Shown in pieces: positions 1-9,885 of a stretch of 64,000 nt of DNA. The notes under the pieces were generated by a model that was not told the origin of the DNA, did not search any database, and was given only the letters and a program-made list of their open reading frames with translations. Made by a program: the position numbers and the translations under genes. Numbering within the stretch: position 1 is the first letter of the stretch; every line of letters begins with the position of its first letter. The stretch covers positions 96,001-160,000 of the forward strand of contig JALUEE010000033.1 in assembly GCA_027053075.1 (NCBI GenBank), in the 5' to 3' direction. The stretch comes from a candidate division WOR-3 bacterium (GTDB taxonomy: Bacteria; Hydrothermota; Hydrothermia; B15-G9; WFZT01).

Positions 1-220
1 CCGCCATCCCTGCCCGATCCATGATTACACCAGCCAGAACAAAGAAAGGAATCGCAAGGAGCGGGAATTTGGCAATACCTGAATAAAAATTGGGGGATAG
101 AACATCAATTCCAAGGTGATAGATATAGATGAAAGAAATCCCTGAGACTGCCAGCGATATAGCAATGGGCACGCCAAAAGCTACAAGTGTCAAAAATATA
201 ACAAACAGCAAAAACTGCAT
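1..220 (-). CDS. dctM: TRAP transporter large permease, N-terminal part (runs off the window start)
   Basis: Not in the ORF track. Manual translation from ATG at 220 gives MQFLLFVIFLTLVAFGVPIAISLAVSG...FPLLAIPFFVLAGVIMDRAGMA, with the DctM LLAIPFFxLAG motif; follows dctQ. Confidence 0.92.
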   Translation of the reverse strand, partial: MQFLLFVIFLTLVAFGVPIAISLAVSGISFIYIYHLGIDVLSPNFYSGIAKFPLLAIPFFVLAGVIMDRAGMA

Positions 221-222
221 CT

Positions 223-711
223 TTAGAGCTCCTTGTAAGATTTAACAGCGGTTTCAATAACCCTGAAAATGATAAGTAATGACCCAAACGGCACTCCGGC
301 AATGTAAATCCATTCTGGTATATTTAAAGCCATGGTCCTGATATTGAGGTCTATCTCGTTTTTAACGTGCCAGATGCTGTAGTAAAAAAGAATGGCGAAA
401 ACCGCGACAGTTAGAACTGTGGAGAAGATTAGGAAAAACTTCTGTGCACCTCTGGGTAACGCCTTCACAATAAAGCTTACACCAAGATGTGCCTTTCTTT
501 TAAATGCAAGGGCTGCACCAAACATGGTAAGCCACACGAAGAAATTGACTTCAATCTCCTCAGTAAATGCAAGGGAGTATTTGATAAAATAACGGGTTAT
601 CACATTCACAAATGCGAGAGTAACGAGCACAGACAGGATGATAAAGAGCATGATTTCTTCGAAGTGGGAGATGAAGTATTTGAGATAATATGTGAAGTTT
701 TTTCTGGGCAT
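223..711 (-). CDS. dctQ: TRAP transporter small permease
   Basis: 162 aa, four hydrophobic segments, NVITRY...TEE...WLTMFGAAL..K.AHL pattern; lies between dctP and dctM. Confidence 0.92.
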   Translation of the reverse strand: MPRKNFTYYLKYFISHFEEIMLFIILSVLVTLAFVNVITRYFIKYSLAFTEEIEVNFFVWLTMFGAALAFKRKAHLGVSFIVKALPRGAQKFFLIFSTVLTVAVFAILFYYSIWHVKNEIDLNIRTMALNIPEWIYIAGVPFGSLLIIFRVIETAVKSYKEL

Positions 712-729
712 AATTTTTTTTGTTTTTGT

Positions 730-762
730 TGTGCGGGGGGAGCCTTCGGCTCCCCCCTCACA
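730..762. other. Intercistronic GC-rich hairpin between dctP and dctQ
   Basis: GGGGGGAGCC-TTC-GGCTCCCCCC. On the transcribed minus strand it is followed by an A-rich rather than U-rich tract, so it is more likely a stabilising hairpin than a terminator. Confidence 0.7.
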
Positions 763-768
763 GTTTTT

Positions 769-1803
769 TTACTGTACCTTACTTATTGCTTCTTCTGCCG
801 CTTTCACAAGATCACGTCCGATAACGGGAACCCATTTCTTATAAACCTTCTTGGTCTTCGCCTTAAATGCTGCCCTTTCCTGATCGTTCAGGATGGTTAC
901 ATGCATACCCTTTGACTTGAGGTATTCGATAGCCATGAGGTTGCCGCCGACCAGTCCGCACCTTGCCTTTGCTACCTCTTCGGCAAGAGCAATCTCAGCA
1001 GCCTCACGGATGGCCTTTTGATCCTCTGGTGTGAAGGAGTTCCAAACCTTCTTGTTGACACCCATAATGAGAGGGTCAATTAGGTAATGCCAGATAGTGA
1101 TGTATTTGTGGAATTCGTAAACCTTGTAAGGAATGATAACCACGTTGATCGGGTTTTCCTGCCCGTCAACTACGCCCTGTCTGAATGCAGTTACAGCCTC
1201 ACCCCAGTTCATGGATGTGGGATTCGCACCGAGTGCTCTGTAGATGTCAATGAAAATAGGGGAGCCTACGACCCTGATCTTGAGTCCCTTTAAGTCATCA
1301 GGTGTCTTGATAGGGTGTTTACTGTTTGTAATCTCTCTGAATCCGTTCTCTCCCCAGCCGAGGCCAACAACACCCAGCTTATCAAGCTGCTCGAAGATCA
1401 TCTTCCCGGGCTTCCCATGTGTCACTGCATCAACCTGGGCATATCCCTTGTCTCCGGCAGCAAAGAAGAAGGGCAGGGAGAACAGGTTGAGGGATTTTAC
1501 CGTTGTTGACCAGTTGATGGTGGAGCCGAGGGCAAAATCTGCGACGCCGCTTTTGAGGAGCAGAAACTCATTGGTCTGCTTTCCAGCGAAGAGCTGACCA
1601 CTGAAATACGGCTTGATGTTTACTCTACCGTGGGTTTTCTCCTTGACGAGCTGAACAAATCTTGTAGCAGCTTCGCCCCATGGCCCTTTGGGACCTACCA
1701 CTACACTGAGTTTGTACTCCTTCTTGTACTTGGCATGGAGTGCATTGGGCACAAACCCAATGACCAACGCCAGTGCTATTAGTGTGCTGATTACTTTACG
1801 CAT
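769..1803 (-). CDS. dctP: TRAP transporter substrate-binding protein, DctP family
   Basis: Signal peptide; ENGFREIT, DLKGLKIRV and GVVDGQENP motifs. Confidence 0.95.
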   Translation of the reverse strand: MRKVISTLIALALVIGFVPNALHAKYKKEYKLSVVVGPKGPWGEAATRFVQLVKEKTHGRVNIKPYFSGQLFAGKQTNEFLLLKSGVADFALGSTINWSTTVKSLNLFSLPFFFAAGDKGYAQVDAVTHGKPGKMIFEQLDKLGVVGLGWGENGFREITNSKHPIKTPDDLKGLKIRVVGSPIFIDIYRALGANPTSMNWGEAVTAFRQGVVDGQENPINVVIIPYKVYEFHKYITIWHYLIDPLIMGVNKKVWNSFTPEDQKAIREAAEIALAEEVAKARCGLVGGNLMAIEYLKSKGMHVTILNDQERAAFKAKTKKVYKKWVPVIGRDLVKAAEEAISKVQ

Positions 1804-1817
1804 AATCTAACCTCCTT

Positions 1818-2216
1818 TTAATCCTTGTTCTGGGCGATTTGAAAGCTTATATCGCCCTCATCGTTTATTGCCGTGGCAATGAGCCAGGCGACTCCCTGGG
1901 CCGGTTTTTCCTCTAAAAACCGGATACCCTTACCTTTTAGCTCCTCCATATCCTTTTCGATATCCGTGGAAAGATACGCAACGTGATACAACCCCTCTCC
2001 GTGCTTTTCCAAAAATCTGTAGGAAGGTGAGCCAGGTTTCAAAGGCTTGATAACTTCCACGTACTGCTCACCAGTTTTCATGAGCACGATATCAAGGTCC
2101 CAGGGCTCGTAGTAAAGTTTTTTGACAAATTCGAACCCAAGGACCTCCTGGAAATACTTCGCGAGACCGTCAAGGTCCCGCGTAATGTAGGCTATATGAT
2201 GAACCCCCTTTATCAT
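1818..2216 (-). CDS. VOC (glyoxalase) family protein, methylmalonyl-CoA epimerase-like
   Basis: HHIAY, VEVIKP and FLEKHGEGLYHVAY motifs. Confidence 0.8.
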   Translation of the reverse strand: MIKGVHHIAYITRDLDGLAKYFQEVLGFEFVKKLYYEPWDLDIVLMKTGEQYVEVIKPLKPGSPSYRFLEKHGEGLYHVAYLSTDIEKDMEELKGKGIRFLEEKPAQGVAWLIATAINDEGDISFQIAQNKD

Positions 2217-3412
2217 AGCTCCTCCAGGTTTTCCAAATAATCTTTAAGGGCCTTCAAAAATGCAGCTGCCGGTGCGCCATCAACTGCCCTGTGGTCAAAC
2301 ACAAGAGTTAGCTTTACTGTGGGCTTTGCATAGATTCCACCGTTTTTAACCACTGCGCGATCCATGATGGAGCCTATTCCAAGAATGGCAATCTGCGGAG
2401 GATTGATGACCGGGGTAAACCAGTCAATGTCATAGATGCCGAGGTTTGAAACCGAGAAGGTCCCGCCTTCAAGGTCCTGAAATTCAAGCTTTCCACTCCT
2501 TGCCCTCTCGGCCAGCTTCCTTGCCTCTCTTGCCACTTCCACAAGGGATTTTTCATCCGCCTTTTTGATCACAGGAGATATGAGCCCTTTCTCTGTGTCA
2601 ACTGCCATGGAAATATTGACTTCATCAAAGAGCTCAATCCCTTCATCTTTGACAATACCATTCATGTAAATGAAATCTTTTAAAACATTAGCCACTGCTT
2701 TAATAAAGATGTCGTTATAAGAGATTTTAACGTCATGCCATCTATTTTTCACGCGCTCCCTGAATACCACCAGCTTTGAGGCATCAACTTCAACGGTTTC
2801 CGCCACCCTCGGAGCCTGCCAGGCCTGTGTGAGTCTCTTTTTGATAGTGCCTCTAATGCCTTCAAAGGGAATAAATTTGCCTGCCGGAATTTTTGGAGCA
2901 GGGGCTGAGGGCTTTTCCTCTTTGAGGCTCGCGGCATACTTTTCCACATCTTCGCGGGTAATTCTGCCACGTGGCCCCGTGCCTTTTACTTTTGCAAGGT
3001 CGACCCCGAGTTCCCTTGCCAGTTTTTTAGCCGCCGGTGAGGCAATTATCCTTGCAGGTTTTGGAGCTTCCTCTTTCCTCACAACCTCTTCCTTCTCCTG
3101 GGGTTTTTCTTCCTCTTCCTCTAATTCCTCAGGCTGTGAAAGCCTCTCAAGGTCCTCATCGGTGAGGGTTTCTCCAGCGGCAGCCACAATTCCAATCACA
3201 GTACCGGGTGGCACCTCCTCACCCTCATGAACGAGTATTTTGTAAAGAATTCCATCCGCAGGAGATTCTAACTCGTACTCGATCTTTTCTGTAAGGATAT
3301 CTGCCACGACTTCGCCTTTTTTGACCTCATCTCCTTCCTTCTTCCGCCACGAGCCCACCTTCCCGGTCTCCATCGTCAGTCCGAGTTTTGGCATCACAAG
3401 TTTCCAGGCCAT
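2213..3412 (-). CDS. Dihydrolipoamide acyltransferase (E2) of a 2-oxoacid/acetoin dehydrogenase complex
   Basis: Lipoyl domain (TEKI), E3-binding ASPAAKKLA..GTGPRGRIT, catalytic FDHRAVDG. Confidence 0.95.
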   Translation of the reverse strand: MAWKLVMPKLGLTMETGKVGSWRKKEGDEVKKGEVVADILTEKIEYELESPADGILYKILVHEGEEVPPGTVIGIVAAAGETLTDEDLERLSQPEELEEEEEKPQEKEEVVRKEEAPKPARIIASPAAKKLARELGVDLAKVKGTGPRGRITREDVEKYAASLKEEKPSAPAPKIPAGKFIPFEGIRGTIKKRLTQAWQAPRVAETVEVDASKLVVFRERVKNRWHDVKISYNDIFIKAVANVLKDFIYMNGIVKDEGIELFDEVNISMAVDTEKGLISPVIKKADEKSLVEVAREARKLAERARSGKLEFQDLEGGTFSVSNLGIYDIDWFTPVINPPQIAILGIGSIMDRAVVKNGGIYAKPTVKLTLVFDHRAVDGAPAAAFLKALKDYLENLEEL

Positions 3413-3413
3413 C

Positions 3414-4391
3414 TTATGCCTCCTCCAACACCTTTTTTACTGCCCTGTAAACATCTTCTGCATCAGGTATGACCCTCTTTTCAAGCGGTGGGCTAAACGG
3501 AATCGGTGTATGCTCAGCGCCTACTCTTACAATGGGAGCGTCAAGGTAATCGAAGAGTTTTTCCTGAATCTGGGATGCAAGCTCAGCACCTACACCACCA
3601 ACCTTCCACGACTCGTGAGCAATTACAACGTGGCCGGTCTTCTTCACAGATTCAGCGATGAGATCAAAATCGAAGGGCCAGACGGTCCTAAGGTCAATTA
3701 CCTCTACACTGATTCCCTCACCTTCAAGCTTTTTCGCAGCTTCAAGTGAGTGGTGGACCATCATCGAGTATGTAATCACCGTGACATCATTACCTTCCCT
3801 CTTCACGTCCGCCTTTTTCAATGGAATCACATACTCTTCCTCGGGAACAGGTCCCTTGAACTTGAAAAGTTTCTTGTGCTGGAAAAATAGCACGAGGTCG
3901 TCGTCCCGCAACGCCGATTTTAAAAGACCTTTAACATCGTAAGGAGTCGAGGGGACAACAACTTTCATACCCGGGGCATGCATAAACCAGGCCTCGAAGG
4001 ATTTGGAGTGATGAGGACCGGCTGAGAGCCCGGCACCATCAGGAGCCCATATCACAAGAGGCATCTTTGATTGTCCACCAAACATATACCTCATGGTGGC
4101 CGCCTGAGACACTATTTCATCCATGGTAATGGTGATAAAGTCGGCAAAATGCAGGTCCACAAGAGGTCTCATGCCTGTGAGGGCTGCGCCAACACCTGCG
4201 CCTACAATGGCAGTTTCTGAAATTGGTGTGTCAAGGATTCTGTCAGGGAATTTCTCTGGTATTCCGACAAACTGCCCAAAAATTCCTCCATGAGCGGTGA
4301 GGTCCTCCCCGATAATGAAGATCCCGGGGTCTTTTGACATCTCTTCCATTAAAGCCTCGGCAGTTGCCTGAGCAATTGTGATTTCTCTCAT
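3414..4391 (-). CDS. TPP-dependent dehydrogenase E1 beta subunit (AcoB/PdhB-like)
   Basis: GED, DTPISE, HSKSFEAWF and EVIDLRT motifs. Confidence 0.95.
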   Translation of the reverse strand: MREITIAQATAEALMEEMSKDPGIFIIGEDLTAHGGIFGQFVGIPEKFPDRILDTPISETAIVGAGVGAALTGMRPLVDLHFADFITITMDEIVSQAATMRYMFGGQSKMPLVIWAPDGAGLSAGPHHSKSFEAWFMHAPGMKVVVPSTPYDVKGLLKSALRDDDLVLFFQHKKLFKFKGPVPEEEYVIPLKKADVKREGNDVTVITYSMMVHHSLEAAKKLEGEGISVEVIDLRTVWPFDFDLIAESVKKTGHVVIAHESWKVGGVGAELASQIQEKLFDYLDAPIVRVGAEHTPIPFSPPLEKRVIPDAEDVYRAVKKVLEEA

Positions 4392-5371
4392 TTCAATCCC
4401 TCCTCAAGTGGATTAACAAAAACATCTTTGAGGGCTTCCTCAGGATCAGGATAGGGGCTTTCTTCTGCAAATTTCACAGCCTCGTCAGCTTCCTTCTGGT
4501 ACTCTTCCCAGATAGCCTTCTTTTCCTCTTCCGTAAGCCAGCCATTTTCAAATGCGATCTTTTCGAACCTTCCGATGGGCTCCTGCTTCCAGAATTTTTC
4601 GACCTCTTCGTGTGTTCTGTACTTTTCAGGGTCACCAATGAAATGTCCCTTGAGCCTGTAGGTCTGACAGCTCATGAGTGTGGGCCCTTCACCGCGTCTC
4701 GCCCTTTCTACTGCTTCCTTTGCCGCCTCGTAAACAGCAATCACATCGTTGCCATCGCAGCGGACACCGGGAACATTGTATGCCGATGCCCTCTGCGCCA
4801 CATGCTCGACTGAAAGGGTTCTCACCTTCCTTGTGGTGGATGCAAACTGGTTGTCCTCGTTTACAAAGATGATCGGCAACTTCCAGATGGAAGCCATATT
4901 CATAGCCTCGTGAAAGGTGCCGCGGTTGGCAGCTCCATCACCAAAGTATGCCACTACAACCTGGTCTGTTTTTCTAAGCTTAATAGAGAGTCCAGCACCC
5001 ACAGAGATGGGAAACTGACCACCAACAACTCCGTTGGCACCAAGCATACCTATGGAGAAATCCGCGATGTGCATGGAACCGCCCTTCCCTTTGCAGTAGC
5101 CAGTGAATTTTCCATAATTCTCAGCCATCATTTTTTTCATATCCCCACCCTTTGCGAGGGTATGACCATGACCACGGTGGGTTGAGAGGATGTAATCATT
5201 AATTCTCAAATTTGCGCTGACTCCGGCAGCAATTGCCTCCTCTCCAATATAAAGGTGCACAAAACCGGGTAATTTTCCTTCGAGAAATAGCTTCTCTGTA
5301 ACGGTTTCAAAAACCCGGATGCGCACCATTGTACGGTACAGCTTTAAGGCTAAATCTTTATCAATAGCCAT
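4388..5371 (-). CDS. TPP-dependent dehydrogenase E1 alpha subunit (AcoA/PdhA-like)
   Basis: GFVHLYIGEEA, STHRGHGH, GKGGSMH, GDGA..N TPP motif, YRLKGH. Confidence 0.95.
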   Translation of the reverse strand: MAIDKDLALKLYRTMVRIRVFETVTEKLFLEGKLPGFVHLYIGEEAIAAGVSANLRINDYILSTHRGHGHTLAKGGDMKKMMAENYGKFTGYCKGKGGSMHIADFSIGMLGANGVVGGQFPISVGAGLSIKLRKTDQVVVAYFGDGAANRGTFHEAMNMASIWKLPIIFVNEDNQFASTTRKVRTLSVEHVAQRASAYNVPGVRCDGNDVIAVYEAAKEAVERARRGEGPTLMSCQTYRLKGHFIGDPEKYRTHEEVEKFWKQEPIGRFEKIAFENGWLTEEEKKAIWEEYQKEADEAVKFAEESPYPDPEEALKDVFVNPLEEGLK

Positions 5372-6014
5372 AACTTACCTCCTTTTTCGGACTTTCGATA
5401 ATTTCATCAATTCCCAGGGTTTGCCTTAATTTTTCTAAGTAAAGCTCCTTGATATGCTCCATATCCATAGTTTGCCCGAGGAGCTCTGACAAAGATGTCA
5501 TTTTTACATTTTGAATCCCGCATGGGACAATCATGTCAAAATATTTGAGGTCAACATTGATATTGAGGGCAATGCCATGAAAAGTTACCCATTTCCTTAC
5601 TGCCAGTCCCACAGAGGCAATTTTCATATCATCTATCCATACGCCAGGGTAACCTTTTTTTATATAAGCATCAAATCCAAACTCGCGGAAAAGCTCCGCT
5701 CCAGCCTCAAGAATGCTGTGGGATAGCTCATGCACATCGCTTACTTTGAAGATAAAATAGGCCACGAGCTGACCGGGACCGTGAAAGGTGATATTTCCGC
5801 CCCTTTCCACTTCATAAACAGGGATATTGTTGGTAGGATTTATCAGATTTTCGCGTCCCCCATGCTTTCCGATGGTAAAAACTGGATAATGCTCGCAGAA
5901 TACAATGGTATCCGGTATCTTATCACCAATCCTGTATTCAACGAGCTCTTTCTGGAACTCCCAGACTTCTTTATAGTCACGGAGTCCCAGGTCGTAGAAG
6001 AGCGCAGCTCTCAT
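5361..6014 (-). CDS. lipB: Lipoyl(octanoyl) transferase
   Basis: EHYPVFTIG, RGGNITFHGPGQLV, KIASVG, FHGIALN and IVPCG motifs. Confidence 0.95.
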   Translation of the reverse strand: MRAALFYDLGLRDYKEVWEFQKELVEYRIGDKIPDTIVFCEHYPVFTIGKHGGRENLINPTNNIPVYEVERGGNITFHGPGQLVAYFIFKVSDVHELSHSILEAGAELFREFGFDAYIKKGYPGVWIDDMKIASVGLAVRKWVTFHGIALNINVDLKYFDMIVPCGIQNVKMTSLSELLGQTMDMEHIKELYLEKLRQTLGIDEIIESPKKEVSYGY

Positions 6015-6093
6015 CAATTACCACTATGGCAATTTTCCTGCCACTCAAGAAATCAAGATTTTATGGGGATTCTGGAGGATTCAGATTCTGAAA

Positions 6094-6132
6094 GATGTAA
6101 ACTTTATTTACATCCATGTAAAAACCTGTCAA
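6094..6132 (-). promoter_or_regulatory. Palindromic operator GATGTAAA-N5-TTTACATC with a TTGACA -35 box upstream of the lipB operon
   Basis: Perfect 8-bp inverted repeat at 6094-6114, extra ATGTAAAA half-site at 6116, TTGACA on the minus strand at 6127-6132; the -10 box is not clear. Confidence 0.5.
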
Positions 6133-6407
6133 TAACATTCAAAGTTTTATGTCAACAAATTTTACACACTGAGATATTTGGTTCCTTGCAGAGAAGAAAT
6201 CAGCAAGCCTATTTCCTGGTTCCTCTCGAAGATATCTAAAAATTATTGGGGCCAGTTCTGTAAATCTTTTCTGAATGGAAAAACTTTGTTTTGCCAGATG
6301 ACCACTTGGAATCGCAAGGAGGATACATTTTTGTAAATGAATTGGATTTATCTTCTCCGATGGTTATTCATAGGAACAGCGCAGAGATATTTAGATATCT
6401 TGTACAC

Positions 6408-6749
6408 TTACATCAATTCATCCTTTATTTTCAACATTTTTTTCTTCAGATCAGGGATGTCTTTTTTAACAACTTCCCACGTTAATTCTAAATCTATTCC
6501 GAAATACTCGTGAATTAGAATATCCCGCATACCGGCAATCTTTTTCCATGGAACTTCTGGATATTTTTCTTTTATCTCATCTGGAATGTTTTTGACTGCT
6601 TCTCCAATAATTTCAATACGACGTATGATCGCATCTTGGAGTTGAACTGATTCAAAGAAATCCTCTTCTGTTTTGTCTTCAGAATAATTTTCTATCAGTT
6701 CGATAGACTCCAGTACGTGTTCTATAAATATCTTGGGATCTTTTCTCAC
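6408..6749 (-). CDS. HepT-like HEPN ribonuclease toxin (DUF86 family)
   Basis: IIGEAVK and [15 protein letters not shown] (Rx4HxY) motifs. Confidence 0.93.
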   Translation of the reverse strand: MRKDPKIFIEHVLESIELIENYSEDKTEEDFFESVQLQDAIIRRIEIIGEAVKNIPDEIKEKYPEVPWKKIAGMRDILIHEYFGIDLELTWEVVKKDIPDLKKKMLKIKDELM

Positions 6750-7036
6750 AGAATTTTCTCTTGTTCACTCAATATTTTCTCCCTGAGCAGGGGATGAAGG
6801 GATTTATAAGTTACGACATCTACCTTCCTTTTCAGCAGTTCTTCCAATTCTAACTTCAATCCTACAAGGTCCAATAGACTCTTTTTTCCTTCAAATTCAA
6901 TTAGTAAATCTATGTCACTGTCTTCAGTAGCCTCTCCTCTAACTATTGACCCAAAAAGAGCAGCTCTTTTAACCCCATGTTTTTTTAAAACTTTGATAAG
7001 TGTTTTTTCCATTTCCTCGATCTGATTCTTACTCAT
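6746..7036 (-). CDS. Minimal nucleotidyltransferase (MntA-like) antitoxin
   Basis: [17 protein letters not shown] (GSx10DxD); start moved to ATG 7036, which follows GAGGT; 4-nt overlap with the HEPN gene. Confidence 0.93.
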   Translation of the reverse strand: MSKNQIEEMEKTLIKVLKKHGVKRAALFGSIVRGEATEDSDIDLLIEFEGKKSLLDLVGLKLELEELLKRKVDVVTYKSLHPLLREKILSEQEKIL

Positions 7037-7101
7037 GTTTTTTACCTCATTCGGCATGTTATGTATCCAGACTACTCGACATACTCGCGAATCTATCATG
7101 G

Positions 7102-7129
7102 ATTATATACGAAGCTTTTAGCATGTCAA
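7102..7129 (-). promoter_or_regulatory. Sigma70-type promoter of the MNT-HEPN pair
   Basis: TTGACA-16 nt-TATAAT on the minus strand. Confidence 0.75.
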
Positions 7130-7257
7130 CCCTCAACAGGGTCTGTTTGCAAAGAGAAAAACATCTTCGACATATTCGCTTTCCACGATGTCCTACCTCC
7201 CTCGCGGTTTGTTTAGAGTTGTGTTTGCTTTAATATTATTGGTCAGACTTAAGAGGA

Positions 7258-8541
7258 GTGAATCCCGTTATGGTTGTTATTCTTACTATCGTTGTTCTTG
7301 GTGTCATAATTTTTGCCCATGAATTTGGTCATTACATCGCGGCTAAATCTGTTGGGATATACGTGGAGACCTTTTCCATAGGTTTTGGTCCAAAGATATT
7401 CTCCTTCAGATTCTGGGATACAGAATGGGTACTTGCCGCCATACCCTTTGGCGGATACGTAAAGATGAAGGGGGATAACCCGGAGGAGGCGGCTTTTTCG
7501 GGTGATGAATTTCTCGGTAAACCAGTTCCTGCCCGCATCTTAGTGGTATTATCCGGTCCTATGATGAACCTCATACTTGGATTTGTTCTCTTTTTTGCGG
7601 CTTACAACATGGTGGGATTCACCTCAATTCCGGGAGACCGTGTTTACAAGGTGGAGCCCCATTCTATCGCACAGACGGCAGGTTTCGAGCCAGGGGACGA
7701 AATAATCTCTATTGACGGGGTCCCGTTCAGATACTGGGACAACTTCTTCAAAATTCTTTTAAAACCGGGCAAGCACCTTGTCGAGGTTAAAAGAGACGGA
7801 AAAATTGTAAAACTCCATGTTTCCTATCAGGACTCCCTTAAAATTGGCTTAATACCGTACATTCCGCCTGTAATAGGTCACGTGAGAAAGGGAGGTCCTG
7901 CCGATAAGGCAGGTTTACAGCCGGGGGATACGATTGTAGCAATAAACGGAAAACCCATAGACAGCTGGAACGCAATGGTGGATGTCATAAAGTCACATCC
8001 CGGGATCCCCTTGGAGATAACCGTTTCAAGACACGGTAAACTCATTACCTTCAAAGTTACCCCTGAAGTTAAAACAGACCAGACTGGTAAAAAAGTGGGC
8101 ATGATCGGCATTATGTCCCCGGTTATAAAAGTTAAACTGCCGCCTGGAGAAGCGCTGGATATAGCAACAAAGCGTACTATCTCTTCTGCGATTCTCATTT
8201 TTGATGTTCTCGGTAAACTGGTTGTGAGAAAAGTTTCTATCAAGCAAATCGGTGGACCTGTAATGATCGGCAAGGTACTCGGTGAATCATACAGTTATGG
8301 ACTATACACCCTGCTCGTGGTGATTGCCCTTATCTCCATTAATCTGTTTGTGATAAATGTCATTCCATTCCCGGCTCTTGATGGTTGGTACGTACTGATG
8401 TTTCTCATAGAGGGTATCAGAGGTAAGCCTGTTTCTATCAAAACCCAGGCAGCCCTGCAGAGAATTGGCTTCGCCTTTCTAATTGCCTTCATGCTCATAG
8501 TCACATTCTTTGATATCTCAAGGCTTTTTGGTGGAAAGTAA
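7258..8541 (+). CDS. rseP: RIP metalloprotease RseP with two PDZ domains
   Basis: HEFGH, FSIGFGP, GGYVKM and NVIPFPALDG motifs. Confidence 0.96.
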   Translation: MNPVMVVILTIVVLGVIIFAHEFGHYIAAKSVGIYVETFSIGFGPKIFSFRFWDTEWVLAAIPFGGYVKMKGDNPEEAAFSGDEFLGKPVPARILVVLSGPMMNLILGFVLFFAAYNMVGFTSIPGDRVYKVEPHSIAQTAGFEPGDEIISIDGVPFRYWDNFFKILLKPGKHLVEVKRDGKIVKLHVSYQDSLKIGLIPYIPPVIGHVRKGGPADKAGLQPGDTIVAINGKPIDSWNAMVDVIKSHPGIPLEITVSRHGKLITFKVTPEVKTDQTGKKVGMIGIMSPVIKVKLPPGEALDIATKRTISSAILIFDVLGKLVVRKVSIKQIGGPVMIGKVLGESYSYGLYTLLVVIALISINLFVINVIPFPALDGWYVLMFLIEGIRGKPVSIKTQAALQRIGFAFLIAFMLIVTFFDISRLFGGK

Positions 8542-8824
8542 AGAAGTTTTCAACATACTCAGACTCGCAAGAAGGGCGGGCAAGATTGTTCACGGCCATG
8601 ATGCAGTACTCAGAAATTTTGACCGTGGGAAGCTACTCGTAATCTCCCTTGATTACAGTCGGAGGGAGGCGTCCTACTTTCGCAGACTCGCTGTAAGAAA
8701 CAACATCCCTGTGCTCTTTTTAGGTAGTAAAGAGCAATTTGGTGAGCTCCTCGACACATCACCCACTGGAATTTTGCTCGTAACTGATAAAAACTTTGCC
8801 AAGAAGATATTAGATCTGGTATGA
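8531..8824 (+). CDS. L7Ae/YlxQ-family RNA-binding protein
   Basis: LARRAGKIVHG...SKEQFGELL...ILLVTDKNFAKKI; start codon uncertain (GTG 8531 chosen). Confidence 0.75.
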   Translation: MESKEVFNILRLARRAGKIVHGHDAVLRNFDRGKLLVISLDYSRREASYFRRLAVRNNIPVLFLGSKEQFGELLDTSPTGILLVTDKNFAKKILDLV

Positions 8825-9573
8825 CACCACTTTCCCTCTTCTACATAATGCTTGCCGGACTCGGCATCGGCTGGCTTGCATCAATGCTCGGCATCGGGGG
8901 TGGGGTCCTTATAGTTCCCACTCTCACACTCATTCTTCACTTTCCCATCAAGCACGCTATTGCCGTTAGCCTGATCGGAGTTTCTGCCACTTCTCTTATG
9001 GCAGCTTCAAACTATTTAAAGTCCGGCCTTGTGGATGTTGAGCTCGGTATAACTCTCGAAAGTTCCACCATTTTGGGAGCCCTAACTGGTGGACTGCTCA
9101 GCGGATATTTGAAAAGTGGCATTCTGTATATTCTTTTTGCCATCCTTGTGATTTACACGGCTTACGTAATGTGGGCTGGCAAAAAGGTTAAAGATATTGA
9201 AAATAACGGATACTCCCACCTCACAGAGGGAGTTGGCTTTTCATATTTCGCCGGCCTCGCGTCTGCACTACTTGGCATTGGAGGAGGAGTGCTCAAGGTG
9301 CCTATCATGAATCTCGTTATGAACGTACCGGTCAGAACAGCAGTGGCAACTTCAAGCTTTATGATAGGTATGACGGCCGTAACGGGTGTCTTCCCGTACA
9401 TCGAGAGGGGAGAAGCTGACTTCCATGTTGCCGGTGCCATAGTCATTGGAACGCTTATCGGGGCATACATAGGTTCGAGGATAATGAGAAAAATCCCCAC
9501 ACTCATTTTAAAAAGGGCTTTTGCTGTAATACTTTTTCTCGTGGGTGTGAGGATGTTTATTAAAGGGATATGA
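8821..9573 (+). CDS. Sulfite exporter TauE/SafE family protein
   Basis: Duplicated LGIGGG..VP motifs, about 8 TM segments. Confidence 0.9.
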   Translation: MTPLSLFYIMLAGLGIGWLASMLGIGGGVLIVPTLTLILHFPIKHAIAVSLIGVSATSLMAASNYLKSGLVDVELGITLESSTILGALTGGLLSGYLKSGILYILFAILVIYTAYVMWAGKKVKDIENNGYSHLTEGVGFSYFAGLASALLGIGGGVLKVPIMNLVMNVPVRTAVATSSFMIGMTAVTGVFPYIERGEADFHVAGAIVIGTLIGAYIGSRIMRKIPTLILKRAFAVILFLVGVRMFIKGI

Positions 9574-9842
9574 TAGAAAAGGAGCTTGCTAAAATACTTA
9601 GAATTTTCCTGTACTCGGCATTTTCCGTGATATTAGCAGGTCTTTTACTCTACACCTTCCATTACCACGGTAAGAATTTAATAGAGGTTGGCGTTTTCAT
9701 CGTGCTTCTTGCGCCACTTGCAGAATTCATTGCCCTACTCGTCCACGGTGTTACAAAGGGCAAGAAAAAATTTGTTTTTATCTCCACCTGGATGATGGCA
9801 GTATTTCTTTTTTCCTCTCTCAAATTTTTTATATTCCACTGA
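9570..9842 (+). CDS. Small membrane protein (DUF1634-like partner of TauE)
   Basis: Three hydrophobic segments, G..VLLAP motif, overlaps the tauE stop. Confidence 0.6.
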   Translation: MIEKELAKILRIFLYSAFSVILAGLLLYTFHYHGKNLIEVGVFIVLLAPLAEFIALLVHGVTKGKKKFVFISTWMMAVFLFSSLKFFIFH

Positions 9843-9885
9843 GCATTTGCGGGATTAAGGGCAGGTTTGTATAATAAAAACCATT

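Noticed and set aside
6170..6400. Possible pseudogene fragment between lipB and the HEPN gene
   Set aside because: Interrupted frames with no identifiable homology
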